Source: Lingula anatina (Eukaryota; Animalia; Brachiopoda). Taken from it: a stretch of 64,000 bases of DNA. This document shows positions 46,282 through 59,379 of the stretch, piece after piece. The stretch spans positions 13,764,001 through 13,828,000 of the forward strand of contig CM120646.1 in assembly GCA_051362555.1 (NCBI GenBank), in the 5' to 3' direction. How positions within the stretch are numbered: the stretch's first letter is position 1; every line of letters starts with the position of its first letter. The position numbers were made by a program, and so were the translations under genes. The notes below the pieces were generated by a model. It saw nothing but the letters and a program-made list of their open reading frames with translations, was not told where the DNA came from and did no database searches.

Positions 46282-49200
46282 CTTTCAGTATTTTGTTCCT
46301 CGTGATATTTTACAGACCAGGTCCAGTTCCTAAAATATTCAGATATGTGTGAGTCATGTACACTTATTTAGCGGTCAGGTACTTATCTCCTTTGTTCCTA
46401 TTCGCGCTAACACTTCTAACAAGCGCCTCGTTTTGCCTTCTTTAATTTCATTGGTTTTATGTACAATTATTAAGTCGAAGTTGAGGCTTCTTCTTGGAGA
46501 ATGATATTTAACCCGTCGATAGCCTGTGCAGTAGACATCAAGTGAATTATCATCTGTTCATCGATAACCTCTTTAGCCAGAGGGCAGAGATAAGTGACAT
46601 ACTAAGATGAAAATTAGACTTGAAGACCGACATAAGATTTTATATCTAACTCGGATAACATTAAAGTCCCTGTTAAACTGGAGTCTGAGACTGTTTGGGG
46701 AAAGGTTTTTGACCCCTTCAAAGTTGTGCCTTTGACAGTTTTTGACATTAAACTTCGACAGTAGCCATATTTAAAAGAATGAGATAGACGGCGTATTTAA
46801 ACATGTGGACTAGTTTTCTGAACGCATCTTTTTTTCTAGCAATTATAAAATATATTGCATTACCATAGTGTATAAAAATTGCGATGTCTTGCAAAGATGT
46901 TTCAGCTCCCTTCCAAAGCGCTAACTGAGAACACGTGCTCTTGACCCTCAAACTAGAGCGCATTTTTTCACCGCTTAGTTAAACATAAATAACGAAAAAA
47001 AGGTGTTGACAAAAATGAATAAAGAAACTCAAATTGTGAATAATGCCATGTTAACCAACTGTTTAATAGGGCAGCAATGCGTTTCTCTTGTTCAAAGAAC
47101 TTTAAGATTGAATTGTACTCCCAGCACTAGTGTTATAGATGTGCATCTGTATGTAAAGTGTATGCATGGATTACCTGTAAATGGCAGTTGCCATGTACAC
47201 ATTTTAGTAAACTATAATCTCTACAGCTGACTTGATGTGTGGACTGACTGCACGTGTACATACCATTCGTGAGTGCAGAAAGGTCTAAAAGGACCCCGGC
47301 CCAAATACAAAACGGTTGATTTATTATATACATAAACGTAGTCCCATAGCAAGGGGACTTAATTGTGTTAATTGTGATGATCTGCAATGATGTATAGATA
47401 CTCTGATTCTCAATGCTTAACAGCAAGGGTCTGATAGTGTATTACAAGTACATTGAGGACATTGGAAGTAGGAGGGGGGACGATATGATGAACTACATAT
47501 ACCCTGTACCACTTTTAGTAGCTATAGTAGTGTTACATTTACAACATATAAAGAAATGTTACCTTTGTGTAGGTTCAAGGACAACAAGAGTGTATGTATA
47601 CGTGAATGCTATGAAAAGGATACGTGCAACTGTATTAACCTGAGACTAAAATACAAAGGTGTAAATGTCGATCTTCGGTCAAAGCTTACTTGTACGTACC
47701 TATTTATCAAGTGTAGTACAGATGTAGTACCTGCCGTACGATTCTCTGCTTTAGCACTGCCTCTCCCAAATGTGTCCTCAGCTATACAATTATACCATTC
47801 AGTACGGGGCAAAATCAGCCACCCGTCCAGTATAACCTTATATCAAACCAATCAACATACTTGTGAGTCGAGCAGTGTGGTATTTACATTTTAAAGCAGC
47901 GTGACTCAAGGCGCAAGGGAAGGCCACCCGCTATAAGTGGCCGCAGAGTAGCGTATAAATTAAGTAATTCATAGCTATTATTGTGATTTGCGGCGCACTA
48001 CGGTCTCGCTGACCAATATATGCCTATTATAGTTATGTCCACCGAGCGAGCCCTTGCGTTCGTATTGTTGACACGCATTTTGTTGGTCTACATGCTTGAC
48101 TGAATGTAAACGCACGCTGCGCAAAATTTAGCGTAGTCTTTTGTGTCGCTTTCAGTTGTTGATCCACTGTTATGAAAATGTGAGCCTTATTTATTTTATT
48201 TTTATTTTTCTTGTACTCTGTTGGTAAAAGGGAGTGACTGCACGAAACTCGTACGCTTGTTGTACTAGGATCCAAAAACAATATGTTGGATCTTAGAGTT
48301 GTATGTATTACGAATTGGTGATAACCACAGGGCCAATGTGACAGGGATGATAGTCCTTGGAATGGGAGCTCGAGATTTTAGTTCGGTGGCGAATTTGGGT
48401 CACTAGGTGGGGCGAATGTCATCTGTACAAAATGACGGGTAACGTTCTATGGTTCCTAGCGGACCACGGTTCCTGGCTCGCCGGTTTTACAAAAGAGCTG
48501 TAACCCAAAAATATAGATAAACTTTTAAACCCCCCCCCCCCCAAAAAAAAAATAAAATAAATAAATAAAATAATAAAAATAAACAAATAAAAAAATAATA
48601 ATAATTCAAGATAAATCCTTAGTCAAGTTGAATAAAGTCCATATTGATCTGAAAAATTTGACGTGTATTCTCTGATATACTGTAAAAGCAGACGCAGTAT
48701 CTCATTTAATGGGACTTTTACTGAGTACTCTTGGGTCGAAGTAGATTAACATAATGGTTTGAAAGCGTAAACAGGTTGTGAAGCTATAGATTTCCTTAAA
48801 ATCGACTCCTTGGGTAGAATAAATATTCCTTTTGACCCTGTTTCGCTCCATGTTAATGTATGAAACATTATCGGCATTTCGTACATTTAACGACGGGCCC
48901 AACTAAAAATAATGATCATAACGAGACTTAAAGTTGCATTAAAAGAAAACAATTTGAATACTCTTTCAACTTGCGTAGAAATAGTTTTCTCCTATATTTT
49001 GTCTTTATTGGACTTTATGCTAGCATTCTAGATATGCCGGCGAGCACCCCAGTTACACATACAGTATAAATATTCATTGAATAGAACATCCTCGATTACT
49101 ATTGTGTCTATTATATCAACTTACTGGATAAGTGTGGCTTCTCTTTTTTAGTGAAACAGCAGTACAGTTTAGGGACCACTTCCACCTGTTGCAAGCTCTA

Positions 49201-50990
49201 AATAAACCTTATGAGAAAGGTTTCTTCTACTCAGTCAAGTCAAAAATGTGTGTTAGAGCAGATGTGTCGTGATCTCTCGGTGGCGACCCCTATAGTGCAG
49301 GAGATGAAGCCTATGTCAGAAAATTTTCCCGCTTCAATTTCATCAAGTGCACGTGCCAGCTTGTACGCCTAGCGTTTGGTACCTCTATCACATTTTCCTC
49401 TTTTTTTCTGATGCAGGGAAAACATTGGGTGTCTTCAAGCATAAGCAAATAAAGCCACAATTTTTAGTCGCGTTATCAGATAGTGTCAGAATATCAGTTA
49501 TAGTTCTAGGCGTTTTCATTGTTATTTTTATCGTTTTTTCCTTCATCAATTATTCATTTATTTTGCTAGTTAGCGCATTACGGACGTTTCTATATGCATA
49601 CGGTTATGTGTGGATACATATTAGTTCATATATATATTTATATAACAAATACTAGTTTGTATATTTACATATCATACAATTTGTACGGTTAAAGCGGTGT
49701 ATAAACCTAAAGACTGTTTAAACCCTATTATTTTAGTCATTATTCAGGTTTGTGGAAATTAACTTAACTGACTGCATGTATCTACTGCTAATTAACGGCT
49801 CTGTAGATGGGTAAATTGGTGGGCTTTTCAGGAGAGTGCAAGATGAAATAAAAAAGATTTGAGAGTTCCTGCATTGCGGGAAAATGCCATTTACCTCGGA
49901 TAAATTCGTAAAACATGAGTTAATCCGCAGGAGTATCCAAGCCTGGAACATTTTAACAGGTCACACGCTTTCTGCAATTTAACCCATTTGAATGTTTCAC
50001 CTTTTCTTAAGGATATTGTAACCCTTTATTATCATCTAGATCCTGAATATGAGTCTCTTCCTGCATCTAATTATTCAAAAATGCATCTATTTTGTGCTGA
50101 TTTAAAACAACGAAAAAAACCTCGAAAAAATATTTTTTTGTTGCAATGTACAAGCATAGGCAACTCAAAACGTTATGGTCAATTTAACACATTTCTATTT
50201 TGAGGTGAGATAGCAAGCGTGTGGGGCGTAACTTCATCTCTGAAGAAGATTTTAACACGAAAATTGGCAAAGTTGACCAGGAGTGTGTAGGCTACAATCT
50301 CGTGCCACCAATTTGGTTAAAATGTTTTGGTTATGGAGTTAGGGGCCCCTAATTACCTATTTTGATTAAACAAAGCAATTTGCTTTATCAACGATAAAAT
50401 CTGGACTAAGACTTTTAAGAAAAACCGCTGGCATGGTTTTGGAGTACCTAATGATGCCATTAAATCGGCGCTGAAACGGTGATCGTGGGTACTCAGATAA
50501 AAAAGAAATTTGAAAAACCGATTTTTCAGTTTTTACCCCAAAATCGCAATTATGACGTCACGTAAGATAACACATGTGTAAATGTTAATTTAATTTAGTT
50601 ACTGTACACTTAAGATTTATTTATTACCCAAAATAATACAGTATATATAAGGCAGTCGATTAGGAGTTTTGGGCGAAGGCTGACAATAACCTTAACACCC
50701 TGTATATCGCCTTTATCCATCCTTGGACATAATGTCCAAGATCCATCCATTACACCTGATCAGTCAAATAAAAGAAGATCCTCATCTTCTCCCTTGACCA
50801 TTGACGTTCATCATGCAGGGGTCGCGCCGGATCAATTCTACTCAAAGAAAGTGTTTGATTGAAATCAACTTTCCCTGCAGTCTTGCAAGTGGACATGTTT
50901 GCATTTCGTGTATCCTGGACAATGCCTCTCTAATTGGATACTGTCAGATGATGTAGCCCTAACTTTTGTGGAGTGTCTAGTATTTCACGG

Positions 50991-50997
50991 TATAAAG
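50991..50997 (+). promoter_or_regulatory. Candidate TATA box of LPMO-chitinase gene 1
   Basis: TATAAAG about 160 bp upstream of the ATG at 51151; positional inference only. Confidence 0.3.
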
Positions 50998-51150
50998 GAG
51001 ACGTCCGTGCCCCACACTAGGCATAAGCTTTCTGTGTAAGGCTGATATGTTCATGTAGCTTTATCAGTGTAGGAGAAAAACTATCAATCTAAACTTCAAG
51101 AACTTCGTTTCAAAAAGTTATTTGATCATATCGGTGTCTTTGAAATTAAA

Positions 51151-54100
51151 ATGCAACTGTGCACAGGTTCGTCGCTATGGTGGCTGTGTATTGCAATACT
51201 GCAGTTTTTTCATCGTGTTAACAGTCACGGCAAGATGACGTCACCAGAGCAGAGAGATCCCAGGAACACTGGTGTCAACTGCGGGGGGCTATATGTAAGT
51301 TATGGAGCAATATTTTCAATGCAAATTTATTAAATTTTCAGTATATTGTCAAATTAATGTTCTGTCGGTTATATATTTATCGTTTCTGGCATGCTGTACT
51401 TAAAACTTTCAGTGATGTTGGTCTTGAAAAACCAGTAGTTTCGTAAAATCATATTCATTTAATTTCCCAGTATCAGACGCAGAATGGTGGTAGGTGTGGA
51501 GTGTGCGGTGACCCAGTGGGAGGGCCTTTCAAACACGAAATTCCAGGACAGAATGTGAAAACGTACAAACAGGTAGGAATTAGTCAAAAATTCCAGCGAA
51601 CGTCTCTCTTTTGTACAGTATGGCCATTGTAGGTGGTTTGTTCTCTTAAAACCTCTGTCAAGTAAAAAAAATTGGTACATAGCTCAAGACGTATTAAAGG
51701 CGATAAAAGTTAGCCTTTTGAAAGTATATGAAAAGTTTGCTTTTTCCCCTTTATTGTTTTGAACCTGATCATCACGACTAAGACTAAAGAGAAATCACAT
51801 CAACGATGATTTAATTGATAGTAGTGATGATTTACTGGATTTTTTTCCAGGGCGAGACAATCAACGTCAAACTAGTCATAACGGCCAAACACATGGGCTG
51901 GCACGAGTTTCGCATCTGCAAAAACGACGACAAGACCAGGGTGACGCACGAGTGTATGGATAAGAACCTCCTAGTTATACCACTGAAGGATGGAACGACC
52001 GTCACTCGCATATTTGAACCAGATGATGGACGGTAACTATGTGAAAAACATATTTCAAAAACGCTATAATTTTTTTTATCGAATCTCCAAAGCTATACAT
52101 CTAAGATTCAGTGGCGAGATCAAGGTCATTTGATAAAGGGGAAAAACGCCATCCTTATGAAATTGTAAACGATTTAATGTACTCTTCTCATATATCTGTT
52201 CTTGTCCGTTTCACATTTGGTGCTTTTTGAAGCAGTTAATTTGCATGAAACGTTATACTTACAGTTGTAAATGTCAAATGGGGCAAAAACTTCTTTTTCG
52301 ATTCAGCTGCTTATAGGCCTCCCACATATGCACTTCTGCGTGTATATATATAGGCCTATTGTACAGTTTAGTTCCCAGAATTTATTGAATTTAATTATCC
52401 TTTTTCTTGTCACAATACTTAAAAAAATAACCACTAAGAATATCGGCAGACAAAAAAAAATTGAAATGCTATCATCAATATATCGCATAATGACTCTGAT
52501 CTTATCATTTACATTCAGTATGATAGTGACCAATAAACAGATATATGCTTACTCGTAAGTTAGGTGGGATTCATTATTTATTTTCAGTTTCGTCAGCTCG
52601 ACTATGTACCCGTTCGTGGGCAGTGGGTCCACTTTAGTGGTACCGGTCAAGTTACCGCCAGATCTGACCTGTGACCATTGTGTGTTCCAGTGGAAGTGGC
52701 ACTGTGGTGAGATGGCATCTTTTATTAATCTTGATAAATTTGTGTGTATCAATCACAGAATTTGAATTTTTCCGATATGGAATTTGCAGCTTTTTTAGTT
52801 GAAATAATTTGAAAAGCGCATGTATTAAAGTGAAAGCTTGTATATAAACGATGGAGCTATAACACTGTATACACGTAAAAAACATGTATGCACGGGCTCA
52901 ATAATGTGCATATTTCGAATTCAGGATCTTTCTTTCAACAGGTAACAACTGGGGCCCGGGAGGCAAAGGGACGGGACCACAGGAGGAGTTTTTTGGTTGC
53001 GCCGACATTGCAATAGAGGGCACTGCAGCTCCACCGACCACGACAACCCTGCTTCCTCCTCTGCCAACTCTGCAACAACCTGCAGACCAGGGACGTAAGT
53101 TTACTACTTCGACTTAAGTTTTCCAAGTCATGATTTCAAAACATGATTTTTTTTAACTTCGTGTTTGCATTTTATAAAATGAAAGTGAGCGTTTTAACAA
53201 TTAAAACTGTCTGATTCATAAACTATTTGCACCTCCATGCCTCATGATACATCATCTGTGGATGACAAAATGCACACCTTTAAAATACAAAAGCAGCAGT
53301 ATTTAACTACTGCTATAGTGTACTTCATACAGCAACACGCGTTACCACGCCGTCTATCTTTCTGTATATAGACACCGTGCACGAAGTCATGAGGATGAAG
53401 ATAGACAGAAGAAACACACAACATATGTTTTATCATGCATAATATTAAGAAATTAATAAATGTTAACTTTTTCCCAGATCAAATGAAGATGGGGTGTTGG
53501 TTCACCAGCTGGGCACAGCACAGACCAGAAAGGGGGCAGTTCCTTCCAGCCGATATTGACCCCAACCTCTGCACCCATATATACTATGCATTCGCCAAGA
53601 TAAATTTTGACGGAACTAGTTACGAGCTGAAAACTGTGGAATCGAATGACCAAGGTCTGTGGTTGATTAATGTTATGAAAATGTGCTCATTAAGATTGGT
53701 TATTTATTCTAAATTTTAATACACGTGTGAACAACAATTCTGATGCTTGTTTGAACCGTACATTTTATTATATAGTTTGCTATGTTTGCTATATAGTATC
53801 CTGTGTGGTCAGAATATGCTTAAGTTGAGAGAGCAAAACCCAGGCAACATAATGTTGAAGTCCAATATGATTTAAGTCGTTGATACAGTGTATTATCCGT
53901 TATGTCGCTGAGCTTAAATCACGAAACTATTACTAGGCCCAAGAATTCACTGCTTTTTTTGCACTCGCTATCAACACATATATATATGACGCAAATTTCA
54001 TCTCCCCGAAAGACCACATGGAGCAAGTTGTGAAGCTGAAAACCCGCAACCCAGCTCTGAAGGTTCTGCTGGCGGTGGGCGGCTGGAGCCATCCCTTGGA

Positions 54101-56440
54101 GATCTTCAATGAGCTGTCAAAAACCACCGAATCCAGGAGAGATTTCATAAGCAACGCAATTCGCTTTTTAAGAATGTACGGGTTCGATGGACTGGATTAT
54201 GACTGGGAGTACCCGGGGGATGTTGACCGTGGAAGTCCCCCAGAAACAAAGCAGTCTTTCTCAGATCTGGTCAAGGTATTGTGTTTATAGAATAATGCGA
54301 TGTAGAAATACACATATGTATCATTGATACTTTTTAAAATAAGAACTCGTCTAAAATCTGTACTCGTACAGTTCGATTATTGTGCTTTGGACAACCTTAT
54401 TTATAGAATATCTAAGAAACATATTTCATATTTAGGAAACAAGGCTTCGTTTCCAACAAGAGGCCGAAGTTAAAGGCAAGAGACGATTACTAGTTACAGC
54501 ATCGGTAGGAGTAACAGATGAGAAAATTAACGACGGTTACAATATAGCAGTGATGAACAAGTAAGTTATATGCCTGTGAAACCGTCTTTTTATTTCCAAA
54601 GATGTCTCATGAATTGAAAAAGTTTTAGTAGATCAAATATATATGAAGTTGTTATGTTTAGCGACATTTAAAAGAAAAATGATATAAAATAAATCTTCCT
54701 TTATGCAACTGTTAATGTTAGACTCCATGATATAAATCGACAAATTGACCATGTAATGGGATATTGACAGAACTGATTTTATCCAGTGACCCGCAGAATG
54801 CAAATTGAAGATGTCAATCAATATTTCAGATACCTTGATTGGACGAACCTGATGACCTATGACCTTCACGGGGCGTGGGATGGCTATCTAGGTCACCACG
54901 CTGCCTTGTTTGCCAGATCAGATAATTCAGGGAGCCAGGATACTCTCAACATTGTGCGTCCTTCATTTTTGTCTATCTCCATTAGCATAGCTGTGTGTTC
55001 TTAATATTAAAACATAATAGATTTCAAGTTAAGGATACAAACTCTGTACATTTTCTGCGAGACATTCTGCCATACTATGAAATACATCCGATACTGCAGT
55101 GGCGAACTGACAGCCCAACAAAAACGGAGCGTTTTTTAACTTTACCATATCGTTACAAAAACGATTTTTCGGCAGATAAACGTTATGGAAACGTTCTATA
55201 ATAACGTTCTGCGTTTGCTGAGAGTAAGCGATTCATTTTTTCCCTTTTTTCCAGGACTATATCGTCCGGAATTGGATAAAGAAAGGCTACGATCCCAGCA
55301 GGCTTGTTCTTGGGGCCGTTTCTTACGCGCGCACCTTCACCATGACTGACAGTAATGCCTACTCGCCGGGAGATAGAGCAACTGGTGCGGGAATCGCTGG
55401 ACCCTATACCAAACATGCAGGATTTCTTGGTTACAATGAGGTGCGTGCTGCACAATTGTGCTCACCATACGTTTTTGACTAAGATACAAATATACCGATG
55501 TATCCATTTATCAAACCTTTTGCTGAATCATCAGTAGTAGAGCAAATACATTTTGACTCGTCAGAACATGCAACACGAAACAAAACAAACCGCTATATAT
55601 GCGCTTCAGACCCTTCATAACAGATTAAAATTAATACACAAATATGCACGTAAAATTTTGTTGTCAGATTTGCGAGCAGAGTGGCTGGGACGAAGTCTTT
55701 GACCCGCAGATGAGGGTACCATATGCATATAAACCAGACACGAAACAGTGGGTGGGATATGACGACCCCAAGAGCATGGACTTGAAGGTACCGCAAATCC
55801 ACCGATCTGAAATCAAATCGCCGCTGTTTGTAAAACCCTAGCTTATTATAGCTCATAACTAGAGTTTTCAGTTGTTCTAATTTTATCTATAGGTTCTTCC
55901 ATAATCCAAATATGAGTCATGATACTGATCTTAAAATCCAGAAATAGGAGTAATTTAAGCTTATAAATATGTCACACCTGACGTGGTAGTAACTCTCAAG
56001 ATTATCCATACAAATTTAACTTAGAAATGAATTCACGATATGAAGAGCGTTATCCCCCTGGGCCCAAAGTATCTGACACATATATCATATAGATAAACAA
56101 AATCAGGTATTTGTGTAGAAAAAGAAAGACATTCACGTCGTTTCTCCTATAGGCCGACTACGTTTGCAAGATGGGTCTTGGAGGGCTCCACGTGTGGGCG
56201 ATGGACATGGACGACTTCACAGGGAGGTCTTGCAACGAGGGGAGATATCCTCTCCTCACTGCTGCCAAGGAGGGTCTAAAGAAATGTTCCACTGCCGGAA
56301 ATCCGGGACCCGGCACGAGACCGCCTTCAGCCAATAGCATGAACTTCCGGTGCGGACCAATAGCTGTGTGGTGCGAGGCTGGGAAAAGATGTCTAAAGCC
56401 TCGCCAATGTCTGTACTTGACACGATCAAGAGGGAAATAA
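51151..56440 (+). CDS. AA15-type LPMO-GH18 chitinase fusion, copy 1 (ends in a partial CBM14)
   Basis: Exons 51151-51294, 51471-51572, 51851-52032, 52588-52706, 52942-53094, 53478-53654, 54013-54275, 54436-54560, 54830-54953, 55255-55440, 55668-55787, 56153-56440 are all phase-compatible. Signal peptide then HGKMTSP..NCGG..GRCGVCGDP..TAKHMGWHEFRIC..LPPDLTCDHCVFQWKW..GNNWG..PQEEFFGCADI (LPMO), a P/T linker, and GH18 motifs LCTHIYYAFA, KVLLAVGGW, FDGLDYDWEYPG, MTYDLHGAW, WVGYDD, WAMDMDDF. Confidence 0.9.
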
Positions 56441-58693
56441 ATTTTGATTATTTGATTTTCAATATCCGGATCTTAATACAATACATCTTTCTAACACTTT
56501 TTTCCATGTGTTATAAATAATATTATTATCGGATATACATGTATCTGAATACGTACTGACAAGACCCAAAATTATTGAAGTTACTACAACTGTAGTACAG
56601 GTAGAATAACTGTTCAGGTTTAAGTCATCGACTATTGCCATATGCGTCTTAAAAGAGTTTTTCTTCAACAATCACCTTCTATCATGTAAATGTGAACGTT
56701 TCATATTCACTCTTTTACATTTATACATGTAACTTGGGCCTATGCAGGTATTTTAAGCGGAAAATAAACTGCTATTATTTGCATTAAATTGTCATTGTTA
56801 AAATTGTGTATTTAGCCTATTTCAGAGTGGCTGGATATCGTAGCAGGCCACTGTCCAAGACAGTCATAATTTGTAATCTAAGGTACATATGTACATGTCA
56901 ATTACATCGCGTCACTTGCAAGTAAAGCAGATTGGCATATGGAGTCGACGTTTAAATAGATTTTAATCTAAAGCCATTTAGTCCAATATATACACGACTT
57001 TGGTTGGAAAAAATGTTAATTAACGAAGGTTTCGAAAGGGAATCGGGTCCTTAGGGGCTCAACACATTATAACAGTTTTCCACTGGAAGTCACCTATTGC
57101 AAAGATTTGGCATTTTTTTCAAAACTTTAACAAGTAGTTAAAATCTTATGGTGCAACACTGATGGGCACAGAACGTCGGTCATCATAAACACAGCAATGC
57201 AACCCATGCCCGAATAGTCTTTATTCTGAAGCTATTGTTGTAGAATCACGAAGACGATGAACCAAAGGACCTCCGTCTCCGCTAGCGTGTAACTATCAAA
57301 ATAGGGCGCTTTTTTCTGAAAAGGCAGGCTTGCAGGTAACAATTTCAAATGGGCGAAGTTCTTTCTCTGAAACATGGATTTATAAGACCCCAAGCATTGG
57401 ATTTATCTGACGCATTATGAAAAACCTTTGATGAATAACGCACTTTTTTCGGACAAAAGGTTCTTTCGACGCCCCCTCTCCGAACCCCTTTCCCTGCCTA
57501 CAGGCCTGACAACGATTTAAATGTACATGTATTGTAGTTATATCCCTTCTCGCGTAGCAAAGAATGTGCTAATTGAATTTTATGCCCTTCAGCCATCTCT
57601 CTCTATGTTTGGCTTAGCAATGGAAAGACTTTGTGTCTATACACTGAATCGAACCCAGCTGAAACGGTGGCTTCATTTTTCAGTTGGCAAATTAGATATC
57701 TTTTGAAAGTAAGGGCCAGTGAATTGTAAAGAGATTAAGTTATGTCGACATGCTTCTAATAAACAAGCGCACTGATGCAGTGAATATGAATCTGATGGTG
57801 ACAATATATTTGGTATGTGGCGACAAGTTCTGTATATTGAAGAGGCGTTGAAATTCGGGACCAGTACTTTCTAAGTCAAGTGATGAATTGGAATGGGTCA
57901 TTGGTTTTGTATGTGTCTTATGCCAAGAAAAGTCATGTAAACTAATATCCAGGGCGGTCAGTGACCTTCTTCAAACAGGTTACGAGGAGTTTTACCTCTA
58001 AGCAAAGGTCAAAGCCGTGTTACAGGTATGGTGAAGATGAGCAATAATACGATCCCATCTCCAATATTTCGCACTGAGCACCACCTTTAAAAAGTACACG
58101 ATGCAACATTCTGTACATTTACAATACCATTTCATTGTTTCACAATTTCACGAATAATCTTTGGGTATAAAGGACAATCCTATATAAAAGATATAAAGAA
58201 GATATGATAGTAAATCATCCATGGTAGTTTTATTGCTCAAAAATAATCTCAATTGTTGATTGCCTTAAAATGTTTCATTTTTTAAAACAGTAAGCCTGAA
58301 TGAAAAATTTCAAAGTAGTTGGTTTTACTCAAAGTGACAAGTTTAAAGCCTGTTGAAATACTAATTTCTCATGGATTAAGTAATCGTAGAAGGGTATAAA
58401 ACTTTGATTAGTTTTCCATTCCCCTTAAGCAGTCTCAACTGAGTCCAAACAATCAATTTACTTTCTAAAAAGCGGGACCGATACTCTTACGGTATTTATA
58501 CAGAACCAGATGCATGGATTAAAGAGCATGATAAAACCAGTTAAAACATTATTTATTTATTTTTATATTCCCCATATTTAGCAAATGATGTTGAGTATAA
58601 CGTCGTTCTTTAAAAAATTGTGGACTTGACGTTTTCCTCCGGGCATTGTGTCGTATATACTTTACAGATTTTACACGGGATGGCCTGGATTGT

Positions 58694-59334
58694 TCAACGG
58701 CCCACCACCCCTGGGCAACTCCACGACCATCCACAGTATCGGCCACACCACACGGTCCCTGGGCCACACCGCTTTAATATGGCATTCCCCCAGTTACACT
58801 GATAGAACTTGTTGGGGTCGGTCGGGTGAGAATAGTAGCCCCACTGGGTTTTACAGATTTTCCCTGAAAAAAAAAAGACGACATCTTTAAGTGCATTTTC
58901 TAAAAACGGATAATATGGATTGCTTGTCACTTTATAAGTTCAATTAATTTATATCTGAACAAAATAGCAGACTACTGAGTCCTTTCCTATTGCTACACGT
59001 ATAATATCTCAGCACCTAAATAATACACAGCTATGTACCTGTAGGTTTTTTCGTGGTTGCCTTTGTCGTGGTCGTAGTCATAGTCGTAGTGGTCGTAGTC
59101 GTAGTCGTAGTGGTAGGTACAGGAGTTGTGGTCGTAGTTGTAATCGTAGTCGTAGTAGCTGGTCTTGGAGTTGTGGTAGTGGTAGGCTCGGGTCGCTTGC
59201 ATTTCAAGGCGTTGAAGGCGGTGGTCAGAAGAGGGTACTTTCCACCCCTGCAAGAGGCGCCGTTGAAGTCGTCCATGTCCAGGGCCCATATGTGCATCCC
59301 CCCGAGACCCATGTTACAAGCGTATTGAGCCTTA

Positions 59335-59379
<45 letters not shown>

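Noticed and set aside
50200-50706. Possible Tc1/mariner-like end (CACCCTGTATA)
   Set aside because: I could not find a matching opposite terminal repeat or any transposase remnant nearby.
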